From assembly GCA_964543815.1 (NCBI GenBank), contig CAZIZG010000007.1:2781-66780 (forward strand): DNA of 64,000 nucleotides, given 5' to 3'. The position numbers were made by a program, and so were the translations under genes. How positions within the stretch are numbered: position 1 is the stretch's first letter; the number at the start of each line of letters is the position of its first letter. The DNA is from an uncultured Bdellovibrionales bacterium (GTDB taxonomy: Bacteria; Patescibacteriota; Minisyncoccia; Moranbacterales; UBA1568). The notes under the pieces were generated by a model. It saw only the letters and a program-made list of their open reading frames with translations. It ran no database searches and was not told the DNA's origin. Positions 38,250-48,268 of the stretch are shown here, one piece after another.

Positions 38250-39863
38250 TTACATTTTTTCCGGCGCACTGATACCCATAAGGGTCAGGGTCTCGGCCAA
38301 TACAATTTTCGTAGCCTGAACCAACTGCAAACGGGCAATGGTAAGTTCTTTTGCTTCCGTATCAATGACACGACAGGCATCGTAGAACGAGTGGAATTTG
38401 TCAGCCAATTTCATCGCGTACTGAGGCAATTTATGGACAGAAAAATCCTGGGCCACCCCTTCGAGAAGTTCTGGAAAAAACATCAGCTCCCGAATAAGCT
38501 CACGTTCCTTCTCGTGAGTGAGAAGCATCAAGTCACCGCCTTCAAAAGAAACACCCTCTTCTTCGGCCTTCCGCAAGATACTCGAAAGCCTGGCATGCGC
38601 ATACTGCACATAGTAAACAGGATTCTTCTGCGAACGCTCTTCGGCCAGCCCGAGGTCAAAATTCATGTGCGTCTCCGGCGCGTACATGAGAAAGAAGAAC
38701 CGTGCCACATCATGCCCAACTTTTTCAAGAAGCTCATCAATCGTCACGACGTTCCCAGCTCGCTTACTCATCCTTACTTCGACACCGTCTTTAACAACTT
38801 TAACCAATTGCACAATCAAAAAACGAATATCCCCCGTAAAACCAAGAGCCTGTGCCACCGCTTTGAAACGAGCAATATATCCGTGATGATCAGCCCCCCA
38901 AGTCTCAATGAAAACAGTAAACCCTCGCTCCATTTTGTTCAAAATGTAGCCAGCGTCCGAAGCAAAATACGTTTTTGAACCATCACTTTTTACAAGCACC
39001 CGGTCCTTATCATCACCAAGCGCTGTCGTCCGAAGCCAGAGCGCCCCCTCTTGCTCAAAGGTCAGGTTTTTTTCTGTTAAGAGTGTAATGGCCCGATTGA
39101 CGTAGCCATCTTCAATAATTTTCTTTTCTGAAGTCCAAACATCAAAGCGTATCTGCATTAGATCTCTTATAGCTGGCTGAATATATTCTGCTAAAACAGC
39201 GGCTGACAACGGTGTGTAAGTATTTTCAATGGGCTTATCGAGAAGCTCCTTATGTTTTTTTCTTAGCTCATCGATATAACTTCCCTGATAGACAGCATCC
39301 TTATCTTTAAAGAAGCTATGAGCAAGTTTGTGAGTTTGTTCTCCAGCATCATTCACGTAATACTCGTTCGTTACTTCGTAACCTGTCTTACGTAGGACAT
39401 TGGAAAGTACATCACTATAAAATCCCCCGCGCGCATTTCCCAGATGAAGCGGCCCCGTCGGATTGGCAGAAATAAATTCGTTGTTCACTTTCACGTCCTG
39501 ACCAACAGTACTTGAACCATAGCCCGCACCATCATGCACAATTTTTTCCACCGCCCCGGCAAGCTCATTCTGCGAAAGGTAAAAATTGATATGCCCTGGC
39601 CCGGCAATTTCAATTTTTTGAAAACTTTCTCCTTCGCTCTGAGCCACTTCGGAGAGTTGATTTTTTAATAATCCAGCAATTTCAAGTGGGGATTTCTGAG
39701 CCAGCTTTGAAAGCGCTAAAGCCACATTCGTTGTATATTCCCCGAACTGCTCATCCTTGGGTCTTTCTACGCTAATCTTAGGCAACACAAAATCGGGCAA
39801 AGCTCCTTTTTCTTGGAGCGCCTGAAGTGCCATAACAATTTTCTTCTCGAGTATTTGCTTCAT
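38250..39863 (-). CDS. argS: Arginyl-tRNA synthetase
   Basis: HIGH-type motif (PTGPLHLGNARG), MSKRAGN and the Arg anticodon-binding C-terminus. Start placed at MKQILEKKIVMALQ, which has an AGGA SD; the track start would overlap the upstream gene. Confidence 0.93.
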   Translation of the reverse strand: MKQILEKKIVMALQALQEKGALPDFVLPKISVERPKDEQFGEYTTNVALALSKLAQKSPLEIAGLLKNQLSEVAQSEGESFQKIEIAGPGHINFYLSQNELAGAVEKIVHDGAGYGSSTVGQDVKVNNEFISANPTGPLHLGNARGGFYSDVLSNVLRKTGYEVTNEYYVNDAGEQTHKLAHSFFKDKDAVYQGSYIDELRKKHKELLDKPIENTYTPLSAAVLAEYIQPAIRDLMQIRFDVWTSEKKIIEDGYVNRAITLLTEKNLTFEQEGALWLRTTALGDDKDRVLVKSDGSKTYFASDAGYILNKMERGFTVFIETWGADHHGYIARFKAVAQALGFTGDIRFLIVQLVKVVKDGVEVRMSKRAGNVVTIDELLEKVGHDVARFFFLMYAPETHMNFDLGLAEERSQKNPVYYVQYAHARLSSILRKAEEEGVSFEGGDLMLLTHEKERELIRELMFFPELLEGVAQDFSVHKLPQYAMKLADKFHSFYDACRVIDTEAKELTIARLQLVQATKIVLAETLTLMGISAPEKM

Positions 39864-39909
39864 GTTCTTTATCCTAGCTGAAATAAGCCAAAAAGTGAAG
39901 CCTACCTTC

Positions 39910-40800
39910 CTACTTTGAAAGCAACAACGTGAAATGACTCGTAGTAGAATCACTCCGACTCCGTATCGCATCAGCCGAGTTCCCATGTCGGAGAACTTGT
40001 ACATTTGTTGCGTCATTCTTCTGGCCGATTTGGAGCAAAGTCATTATGGCCGCTGGAGAATCCAAATGATCACTCCCAAATGAAGCAATGCGACTCACAT
40101 CATATTTTCGTATCGCTTCAAGAGTCTCGGTATCCTTACGACTAGACTCTTGTTTCGGCAGATAGTGGGAAAAATCAACTGAACTAATGATGAATACCCT
40201 GTCATCCTGTACGACCTCTTGTATATTCTCCACCAGCCGGTCAATCTCGAGCGCAGTTGTATCATGTTTGAATAGAATCGGCACGACTTTGGTACCCGGT
40301 AGAAAATGGGCGATATACGGGATAATGTTGTAAATCCCGTGTTCTTGCTGAAACGTATCTTCACGAATGACTGCGCCACCTCGCCGCACCTTTTCCAATA
40401 CAGCAGCGTCCGTCTCTACTTCCCCCTGAGCCGCCTCCCATAAGAAATGAGCGGTCTGGACATGTTCCTCACCAACTTCAAAATGATTTGGTGCCAATAG
40501 CACAATAGTCTGAGGTACCGATTGACGTTTTCCTAACTGCTCAAAAAACTCTGACAAAAATTCGTGCGCAATGAGATGATGTGGGACTACCCCGCCAATG
40601 GCATTTTCAAATGACGGGAGCCGCTCTGGATAATTGGGCACGTCAAATGGCGTATCCTCCTCTGCGAGTGGCACCTGAAAAATCACCGGGAAATCAGTGG
40701 TTTCCTCTGATACAACGCTTTGGCCATCTTCTACCATTACCAGGGTAACAAGAACAAAACCAACCATTAAAATAATACCTATCATTATTCGTACCATCAC
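39910..40800 (-). CDS. MEMO1/AmmeMemoRadiSam-system protein B-like (extradiol dioxygenase class III fold), membrane-anchored
   Basis: N-terminal TM, then GGVVPHH and the downstream His/Asp blocks typical of the Memo/LigB fold. Confidence 0.6.
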   Translation of the reverse strand: MMVRIMIGIILMVGFVLVTLVMVEDGQSVVSEETTDFPVIFQVPLAEEDTPFDVPNYPERLPSFENAIGGVVPHHLIAHEFLSEFFEQLGKRQSVPQTIVLLAPNHFEVGEEHVQTAHFLWEAAQGEVETDAAVLEKVRRGGAVIREDTFQQEHGIYNIIPYIAHFLPGTKVVPILFKHDTTALEIDRLVENIQEVVQDDRVFIISSVDFSHYLPKQESSRKDTETLEAIRKYDVSRIASFGSDHLDSPAAIMTLLQIGQKNDATNVQVLRHGNSADAIRSRSDSTTSHFTLLLSK

Positions 40801-40816
40801 CGTGCGATTTCAGTCA

Positions 40817-43800
40817 TTACGGTCGCCTCATCAGAAACACAGCTGAAGCACCAGAAAAAAGTGCCAGCCCTGCAAGCAGTCGGATGAGTAACCAAATCTT
40901 CTCCTCATTAGCGGCACTCACGTCAATGAAGTTAGAATGTGCGCCGCTTTCCTTCTTCGGTGCGTCACTATAGACTGGAATGTGCATCCGAGTCGCTTCC
41001 GTATACGCATGCACCTCTGGTGTATACATGAGTTCTGCGTACGCTGGTGGCACAAAAAATTCACCGGCATTCACCACCCGGGCCAAATAGCTCGCCTCAT
41101 ATCGACGACTCTGTTCCCCATACGTGTAAAACGTTATGATAGCGCCATTCTCCGTATATTCGTCGACATATCCTCCATACCAGTATTGACTCTCAGAGAT
41201 GTTCCCTTGCTCATTCTTGAAATTCTGATTTACCGGCACCATACCAGCCGGGAGGATGTCCTCTGCCACCAATCGATCATGTTCATTCTTAACTCCAGTG
41301 ACAATGAGATGCACCCGGACCACATCACCAAGCGCTGGATCCGCTCCCGGGTCAGTTTTATTTTCGTACGTTCTTTGTATCGTAAGTCCATGACTCTCAC
41401 CGGGAAAGGTATCGGTTACCCGAGCAACATTCTGTCTGACGGATGAATACAAATCGCCCTCTCCATCATAAGAAACTTGAATTATCGAGCCCTCCTTCTT
41501 GATTGCGCTCCCGGGTACTGTATAGCTTTTATTTTCCAAAATTGAAGTCATTCTGCCGCTCTCCAGTGTTTCCCCATCTAATCGGAGACTGTATTCATAA
41601 TTGGGATTCTCCACGACATTTCGCTTTGAGAAATCAATGAGCGCCCGGATAACCTGGGCAGTCGCAAAGGTATTGGACCAGTACCCTGCTTTCCGACTAG
41701 CAGCCAATGATCGTACCATGGGCACAAGCACCTTCTGATCATACTGCGCCATCACGAGCGCCCGGATAGCAAGTGCCGTCGACGCATCTTGTGAAGCATA
41801 GTAATTGATATCCCCTCTTTCCCAATACTGGAGACCACTGTCATCAACTATTAATTTTCCCATGAGAGCATCGACGCCATTTTTAGAATTATCGTTCACC
41901 CCAATTCGGATATTCGTCATCACTGCCAAAGACAGTAACTCCGGAGTGAGTTGAGTAAAACTTGGGATGAGCTTCCCTTCTTGTACCTCATCTTTACTCA
42001 CAAGCATGCCCAGAAGAGACTTGGCGTAAGCGAGCGAAACCAGTGGTATGAAGTCGTTCTCTCCAGTATTAACGCTGTATGGCAAGGCGGCTGTTTTTTG
42101 ACGACCCTTCACCGCCTCGCTAGAAGCATTCTCGACATACGTTCTCGCTTTGGCAAGCATGATGGCAATATCATCTGGAAGTATTCCAAGCGAGCGAGCC
42201 TCAATCAGATACTCGATGACATAGCTGGTAATATAGGGATTACTTTCGCCGCCGTTCCAAAACCCCCAGGCTCCCTGATCATTCTGAAGTTCCTTCAAAT
42301 GACGGATACCGACCTCGAGCATTTTCGTCGTCTCTTTCCCTTCAAGGGCCTTGGCAAAAATTCCTCTCTCTCGACTCGCAATCACTAACGGAACAAAACG
42401 ACTCGTCGTCTGCTCAACACAGCCGTAAGGATAATCAATGAGACCTCGCATAGCAGTTGGAATTGTTCCGAGAAGCGATGGTGACACGTCAACCGTAATA
42501 TCCGTCCGTGACCGATCGGCATCGTCAGGAAGAAGAATGTGATACTCCGCATTACCATCCAAAGCTTGCGATGACTTTTGCATAAAGCCTGGTGCCCGAA
42601 TAGGAAGCGTCCGTACAATGGCATCAGCATACTTTTCATCCCGTCCGGGAACAGTTGCTCGAACCTGGAAAGTAGCTCGTTCATTGATTGTTTCTGGTAG
42701 AAACGAGAAGACTACTTCCTCTGAGTCCATCGATGATACCGATACTGAACGTTCCGGTCCATCAGATATCACTCCGTCGGAAAAAGTACCTTTGACCAAA
42801 AAATCCAGTGACTCCTCGGTATTATTGCGAACCGTTACTTTTACCTCCACTCGATCACCAACCCGCATCAGTGTCGGAAGAGCCTCACTCACCAAAACAT
42901 TTTTAGACACCGAGATTTCTTGACGAGCCTGACCAAACTGGGTAGCTCCCGCGGTGGCAATACCAGAAATCACCCAGGTCGTGGTGTTATCAGGCAAGCG
43001 GAAGGTCACTCGTGCCCGTCCATCTTCACCAAGATGTACTCGAGGATTCCAGTAAGCAGTATCTTTGAAGACTGACCTGGTCCCATCTTTATCATTATGT
43101 ACCCAAACACCAGAAGCAAAATACGTGTGGTACCCCTCAATCGTAAGATTGTAAACTGTTGTTTTTTCCCGAACAAACGAAATATCCTTAACCGGTATAT
43201 CACGGCCCTCTCGATTACGTAGTACATCACCTATTTGAACGTCTCCTGCTGCCCCCCAAGTACCATTCACAAACAATTTGTGTTCTGGTGTGACACGAAT
43301 ATTGCCGTTCAGTATCAGGTAGCCATCAACATCAAGAGCATGTACCGCCCCAACACGAGCCTCCACTAGGGAACCATCCGCTTCGCTTTCTCGAGTCAGT
43401 ACGACATCGCCGACACGAACATCAGAAATCACCTTCATTCCACCTGGCATCAAAACAGGGGTATCACCAACAAAACATCCACCCATCTCAGCCAAATTCA
43501 ACGTAAACAGCACCCCCTCAAGGGAATGAGCAGAAACCGTACTGTGAAAGCGCTTATTCCAAAACGTTTTGAATATATCGGCAGGTGCCTGATTCAATAA
43601 CTCAAACAATGCCTTGTCGATAGCCCAGACGGCCACCTCACCCGCTACTGGTTTCCCCGATTCGTCTTTTCCAATGACTTCGAGCGATACTGTTTCTCCT
43701 GGTTCGTACTGTTTCTTATCGGAACGCAACTCAACCGCGATACGCTTGGATTCAGCACTGACTGCTATCTCTGTCGTTTCAGTCACCAACGTTGTCGGTG

Positions 43801-45943
43801 AAAACATTGTACCCGAAACAAAGATATTCGGCATATCACCCTCTTCCAGAGGAACATCGAGCGAGACCGTGTTTCCACGAAGCGCCACTACCTGTGAACG
43901 GTGTACTCCGGCTCGTTCAAATGACAACCACACATCACGATTGGTAAGTGGAGAGGTAATCAATACTTTAGCTTTCTCCTGAGGGAGATAGCTTTCTTTA
44001 TCTGTTTTGAGAGTAATGAGTGTCCCGCCGTTTTCGTCCGCTTGGTAAAACCAGCCATTTTGATCACTGGCCCAGACATACACCACACGAGAGATAGTAT
44101 TCCCTCTATCGTCCTTTCCAAAAAGAGTAAGGCTATAACTCCCCTCTTCGTCTGGTACAAAGTGCAGTGTAGCTTGCCCTTTTTCATCTGTAACTACCTC
44201 CATCTCAGTTAAATCCTTTTCAACGACCCGGTAATATGGATATTTTTCCGACGGTGAATCGTTCACCCAACGCCGATGGTGGACCTTGACCGAAAGCGTA
44301 CGTCCAGCCAAGGTAATCCCCTCCCGGTTAGCAACCAACTGAAGTACATTCTCACTCGCTTCTCCTACCCGAGTACCGTATGAGTACCCGCGTTGATATA
44401 TTGAGAAGTCTCCAGGCAAAACCAACACATTACGACTCTCATATACTGGATTTTCCTCACTATCCTTGCTGGTGATTTCAACATGGTACACTTGAGGAGA
44501 GAAATTCTGATGTGGATGAGTCGGTAAAGCTAGGTGATACTTTCCAGCAGCATCCAAAGTAATCTCGCCCTTGGTAACACTTGGCCCGTACCATCCGCCA
44601 TACCGATACTCATCATCAACAAATTCGCGATCTGGCAAATACGCGTAATCATAGTATGTCCCGGTCGTCACATTATATTCTACGGTTTTTCCAACGGTTG
44701 GTTCACCAGAAAAAAATGATCCCGAAAAATCAAGCTCGAGAGTATCACCCACAATCAGCCGATCATGTGGCGTACTAATATCCAGCCCAAACTCCGGCTT
44801 TCGGTATTGGTCGACACTGAATGTAGCGTCAGCCATACTGTAAAAATATTGGTTTCCCTTACTCAAGTTTCCATACGAAATGGAGTAGAAATACTCTCCT
44901 AGCTTGGCATCTTTCGGTACCACAAAACTACCATCTACGGCACCCGTCTCCGTGATAGTCTGGGTTTTTTCAAAAATAACTTTCTCACTCTCACCCCAGC
45001 CAGTCCAGACCTTTACTTTCGCAAGTCCCTGTGGCAACACGTATCGGGCATCATCATCCTGGCGGACGATACTCTTGTAATACACCGTATCCCCAGGTTG
45101 ATACAGCATGCGATCAGTGAAAGAGTATGACTTAGCAAGCGGAGCGTACGGCGCAAATTTTCCACCCCACCAGCCATACGACGATGTCGGCTGCGGAACA
45201 TGCGATGCGTAATTGAGCGGCACAAACGCGAGTTCCCCCTGGGAACGAACCAGAACAATATCACCCTCATCAGACTGCGGGACTCTGGCCAATCCCTGAC
45301 TATCTATACTGGAACGCCCCAACTCCTTCTTCTTTTTGTAGAACTGATATTCTGCGACATCACCACTCGTCACGTGTTTACCCGTACGGCTATCTACGGT
45401 CCAGATAACAAGATTTTTTCCTTCTTCTTTCGCTTGAGCCGCAATATTACTAGCTACGAGCAACATCTCTCCTTTTCGTCCTCCCAGGCTTCCCTCCAAA
45501 TAATAAGTCCCGGCCGTTTTGATAGGAAGAGAGACTCTTGTTCGCTCACTGCTAACAGTAACTTCAACTGACAAATCTGCTGTTTCCTTTAATGATTCCT
45601 TCTTTATTGGAAAGGGTCGCAACTTGACCGAGGAATAATTGTTGGCGTCTCTCTTTTCTGAATAAACCAGCGCATCCAAAAATTGCGTCTCAGAAATGGC
45701 ATAGAGTTTCAGATGTGCCACTCCGGCTTCGGGAGCGCCCAGCCACACGACTTGTTCTTCACTCATCGTCCGAGCCATCACACCTCCAAATTCATACCCC
45801 TTTTCATCAGCAAAAAATGCTAAAAAATCTTTTTCTGACATCTCCTGGGCTTCCACAGTCACTGATGAACCATTCAGCACCAACACACAACAAAAAATCC
45901 CAACGCCAAGCAGGGACCGAAAAATATTTTTATTCCAAAACAT
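40817..45943 (-). CDS. Secreted alpha-2-macroglobulin-like thioester protein with inserted Hint (intein-like) domain
   Basis: 1708 aa with a signal peptide and many MG-like beta-sandwich regions. The thioester motif GCVEQ is at 42410-42424. The Hint domain C-F-V-G-D...V-H-N lies at 43094-43477. The C-terminus has a hydrophobic helix plus RRP. Confidence 0.85.
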   Translation of the reverse strand: MFWNKNIFRSLLGVGIFCCVLVLNGSSVTVEAQEMSEKDFLAFFADEKGYEFGGVMARTMSEEQVVWLGAPEAGVAHLKLYAISETQFLDALVYSEKRDANNYSSVKLRPFPIKKESLKETADLSVEVTVSSERTRVSLPIKTAGTYYLEGSLGGRKGEMLLVASNIAAQAKEEGKNLVIWTVDSRTGKHVTSGDVAEYQFYKKKKELGRSSIDSQGLARVPQSDEGDIVLVRSQGELAFVPLNYASHVPQPTSSYGWWGGKFAPYAPLAKSYSFTDRMLYQPGDTVYYKSIVRQDDDARYVLPQGLAKVKVWTGWGESEKVIFEKTQTITETGAVDGSFVVPKDAKLGEYFYSISYGNLSKGNQYFYSMADATFSVDQYRKPEFGLDISTPHDRLIVGDTLELDFSGSFFSGEPTVGKTVEYNVTTGTYYDYAYLPDREFVDDEYRYGGWYGPSVTKGEITLDAAGKYHLALPTHPHQNFSPQVYHVEITSKDSEENPVYESRNVLVLPGDFSIYQRGYSYGTRVGEASENVLQLVANREGITLAGRTLSVKVHHRRWVNDSPSEKYPYYRVVEKDLTEMEVVTDEKGQATLHFVPDEEGSYSLTLFGKDDRGNTISRVVYVWASDQNGWFYQADENGGTLITLKTDKESYLPQEKAKVLITSPLTNRDVWLSFERAGVHRSQVVALRGNTVSLDVPLEEGDMPNIFVSGTMFSPTTLVTETTEIAVSAESKRIAVELRSDKKQYEPGETVSLEVIGKDESGKPVAGEVAVWAIDKALFELLNQAPADIFKTFWNKRFHSTVSAHSLEGVLFTLNLAEMGGCFVGDTPVLMPGGMKVISDVRVGDVVLTRESEADGSLVEARVGAVHALDVDGYLILNGNIRVTPEHKLFVNGTWGAAGDVQIGDVLRNREGRDIPVKDISFVREKTTVYNLTIEGYHTYFASGVWVHNDKDGTRSVFKDTAYWNPRVHLGEDGRARVTFRLPDNTTTWVISGIATAGATQFGQARQEISVSKNVLVSEALPTLMRVGDRVEVKVTVRNNTEESLDFLVKGTFSDGVISDGPERSVSVSSMDSEEVVFSFLPETINERATFQVRATVPGRDEKYADAIVRTLPIRAPGFMQKSSQALDGNAEYHILLPDDADRSRTDITVDVSPSLLGTIPTAMRGLIDYPYGCVEQTTSRFVPLVIASRERGIFAKALEGKETTKMLEVGIRHLKELQNDQGAWGFWNGGESNPYITSYVIEYLIEARSLGILPDDIAIMLAKARTYVENASSEAVKGRQKTAALPYSVNTGENDFIPLVSLAYAKSLLGMLVSKDEVQEGKLIPSFTQLTPELLSLAVMTNIRIGVNDNSKNGVDALMGKLIVDDSGLQYWERGDINYYASQDASTALAIRALVMAQYDQKVLVPMVRSLAASRKAGYWSNTFATAQVIRALIDFSKRNVVENPNYEYSLRLDGETLESGRMTSILENKSYTVPGSAIKKEGSIIQVSYDGEGDLYSSVRQNVARVTDTFPGESHGLTIQRTYENKTDPGADPALGDVVRVHLIVTGVKNEHDRLVAEDILPAGMVPVNQNFKNEQGNISESQYWYGGYVDEYTENGAIITFYTYGEQSRRYEASYLARVVNAGEFFVPPAYAELMYTPEVHAYTEATRMHIPVYSDAPKKESGAHSNFIDVSAANEEKIWLLIRLLAGLALFSGASAVFLMRRP
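43094..43477 (-). other. Hint / bacterial intein-like (BIL) domain embedded in the A2M-like protein (residues ~823-950)
   Basis: Starts CFVGDTPVLMPGG, contains a TPEHKLF block, and ends GVWVHN followed by D (not Cys, Ser or Thr). Confidence 0.7.
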
Positions 45944-46000
45944 ATGGATAATGAAAGAAATACGTCCTCATTATATCAAAGAAAGTGTCTCGGGAAAACT

Positions 46001-47047
46001 CTACTGGACCACAGCAATCCTTTGCTTAAAGACATCCGGATTCTTAGAGAGAACCCTACCCTTACGACGCTTGATCTGTTCCACTTCTGGGAGCGCTGCA
46101 ATAGCCTGACACTCGACACTGCAACAGCCGGAAAGTTTTTCGTGACATAAAGCACACTGAATAAAGAGGAGGTTGCATTCGACATTGGCACAATTGGTAT
46201 AGTCATCACACATCACGCCACACTGATGACACTGCGATAATATGTCGTCGGTAATCCGCTCACCGAGTCGTTCGTCAAACACAAAGTTTTTTCCCTTAAA
46301 TTTCGACGGTAACCCTTCACGTTCTATCTGATGTTTGTAGTCGATGATACCACCATGGAGTTGGTACACATTTTTGAACCCGTGGTGCTTGAGATACGAA
46401 CTCGCTTTTTCGCAACGAATCCCGCCCGTACAATAGAGCAGTACCTTCTGATTCTCTTTGCCCTTGAGCAGTTCCTTGGCCATGGGTAGCTCCTCGCGAA
46501 ACGTATATGCCTGTGGCATAATGGCCTTTTCGAATCGCCCGATAGCCGACTCATAATTATTGCGCATATCCACTACCACTGTCTCCGGCTCATCAAGCAA
46601 CTCATTAAACTCACGCGCCGACAGGTGAGTCCCGACATTGGTAACGTCATAATCTGCCGGTTTCAGTCCATCAGCCACAATCTGTTTCTTTACTTTGATG
46701 GTCAATTTCCAGAAAGCATCGTTCTTTTGCTCCACTCCCACCTTGAAAGGTACTCCGGTAAATTCCGGTCGGGCATAAAGTTCTCTTTTAAACTGTTCAA
46801 AATACGGTTCTGGCACGCTCATCTGAGCATTTATCCCCTCTTTGGCCAGATAAATTCGGCCAAGACACCCGAAGGACCGCCACTCGGCATAAAGCTCATT
46901 GCGAAGTTTAAGCGGGTCAGCAATAACCACATAACGATAAAAGGAAATGACCCGGCGCGAAAACGACTCTTGGGCTAATTTCTTAAGAGCTTCTTCTCTG
47001 GAAAGATGATTGCGTAATGCGTGCGGGATTTCATTCATACCAACCAT
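46001..47047 (-). CDS. trhO: Rhodanese-domain tRNA uridine(34) hydroxylase (UPF0176/YceA family)
   Basis: N-terminal RVISFYRY...GRIYLAKEGINAQ, a rhodanese domain with its Cys loop, and a Cys-rich C-terminal tail. Confidence 0.8.
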   Translation of the reverse strand: MVGMNEIPHALRNHLSREEALKKLAQESFSRRVISFYRYVVIADPLKLRNELYAEWRSFGCLGRIYLAKEGINAQMSVPEPYFEQFKRELYARPEFTGVPFKVGVEQKNDAFWKLTIKVKKQIVADGLKPADYDVTNVGTHLSAREFNELLDEPETVVVDMRNNYESAIGRFEKAIMPQAYTFREELPMAKELLKGKENQKVLLYCTGGIRCEKASSYLKHHGFKNVYQLHGGIIDYKHQIEREGLPSKFKGKNFVFDERLGERITDDILSQCHQCGVMCDDYTNCANVECNLLFIQCALCHEKLSGCCSVECQAIAALPEVEQIKRRKGRVLSKNPDVFKQRIAVVQ

Positions 47048-47138
47048 CGTAACCCACCGTGTAGAAAATGAAAAGCCATTTTTATTTTCAGTGGCAAAAA
47101 CTTGCTTATTTGAGCCAAATGTGGGACAGTATGAACAT

Positions 47139-47588
47139 ATGACTACGATTGCTCAAAATAAGCGCGCCGGGTTTGATTATGCCCTCGAAGAACGTTTCGA
47201 GGCTGGATTAGTATTGACCGGATCTGAGGTAAAATCGGTTAAAACAGGCCATGCCAGCCTCAAAGGAGCCTATGTCACCGTGAAAGGCAATGAACTCTAC
47301 CTCACCAACGCCTTGATCCCCCGTTACAAACAAGCCCACAAGGAAACTAAACACGATGATACTAGGCCACGAAAGCTATTATTGCGCAAGAGAGAAATCG
47401 GCTCTCTCATAGGAAAATACCGTACCGAAGGCTTGACTTTAGTCCCAATTCGGTTGTATACTAAGAAGCAACTTGTGAAGCTTGAGTTCGCGGTTGGTAA
47501 AGGAAAGAAGGAATACGATCGCCGCGCAGACATCGGGCAGCAAGAAGCGAAGCGGCGCATCGCACGTGCCATGCGTAGTAAACACTAG
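47139..47588 (+). CDS. smpB: SsrA-binding protein
   Basis: KRAGFDYALEERFEAGLVLTGSEVKS...; start at ATG 47139, 150 aa. Confidence 0.92.
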   Translation: MTTIAQNKRAGFDYALEERFEAGLVLTGSEVKSVKTGHASLKGAYVTVKGNELYLTNALIPRYKQAHKETKHDDTRPRKLLLRKREIGSLIGKYRTEGLTLVPIRLYTKKQLVKLEFAVGKGKKEYDRRADIGQQEAKRRIARAMRSKH

Positions 47589-47593
47589 TACGT

Positions 47594-47800
47594 ATGGAAA
47601 TTGAGTCGATAGCAGGAGTTGTTGCGCTCATTTTTACCGCTATTTTCGTGTATTCGTTCTTTGATAGCTTTGACATTATCAGCATTATTCTCGATTACAC
47701 CATTCCAAAGCATGTTATTCAAAAAACACGTATTGTATTGGGAGTTCTCGCTGGTATCACGACTCTGATCTATCTCGTACTGGTAATCATGTCAAAGTAA
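47594..47800 (+). CDS. Possible small two-TM membrane protein between smpB and ssrA
   Basis: 68-aa hydrophobic ORF with no SD; coding status is doubtful. Confidence 0.25.
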   Translation: MEIESIAGVVALIFTAIFVYSFFDSFDIISIILDYTIPKHVIQKTRIVLGVLAGITTLIYLVLVIMSK

Positions 47801-47847
47801 CTAGACAATCACTCATCGTTACAACACCTCCGTGTTGCAGAGAGAAT

Positions 47848-48250
47848 GGGGTTGTTTAGACTCGACAGGTTGTACTTTCAAAATACGCAAGCCGACCTTG
47901 AGAACACGGTCGTAAATATCGTTCTCACGATGATAAATGCAAACTTCATCACAAAGACCAAGAACGCACTCGCGCAAGCGTTTGCTCCTTCTTTCAGTCT
48001 TGCGCTCGCCTAATTACTGGTGACGCCATGAGCATCCTGATTTTCGATAGGGAATCGTTCGTGTCATAACATCGAAACGTGCCGAGAGGATTTCTTTTTC
48101 TTTTCCTTTCTAATCGTATTGCAAAAGAATGACTCTTGAGAGGGTTTTGTTTCCTTTCGACCTCCCAACCGTACCTAAAGGCAACTACGCTTGTAGACTA
48201 TTTTGGAAAAACTTCTCTGGACATGGGTGCGATTCCCATCAACTCCACCA
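47848..48250 (+). ncRNA. ssrA: tmRNA (transfer-messenger RNA)
   Basis: The 5' GGGGUUGUUUAGACUCGACAGG pairs with the 3' CAACUCC-ACCA, including a G3:U alanine identity pair. The T-arm is AUGGG-UGCGAUU-CCCAU. An internal tag ORF GCA AAC ... GCG CUC GCC UAA encodes ...SLALA*. A weak TTACAA-17-GAGAAT promoter lies just upstream. Confidence 0.8.
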
Positions 48251-48268
48251 ATTTTTAAAACTGAAACA

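Noticed and set aside
38208-38978. 256-aa plus-strand ORF
   Set aside because: Antisense to argS.
48203-48268. N-terminal extension of the infC ORF (MEKLLWTWVRFPSTPPIFK...) in the track
   Set aside because: This stretch is the 3' acceptor/T-arm of the tmRNA, and the IF3 alignment begins further downstream. The track's start codon is therefore not the real one.
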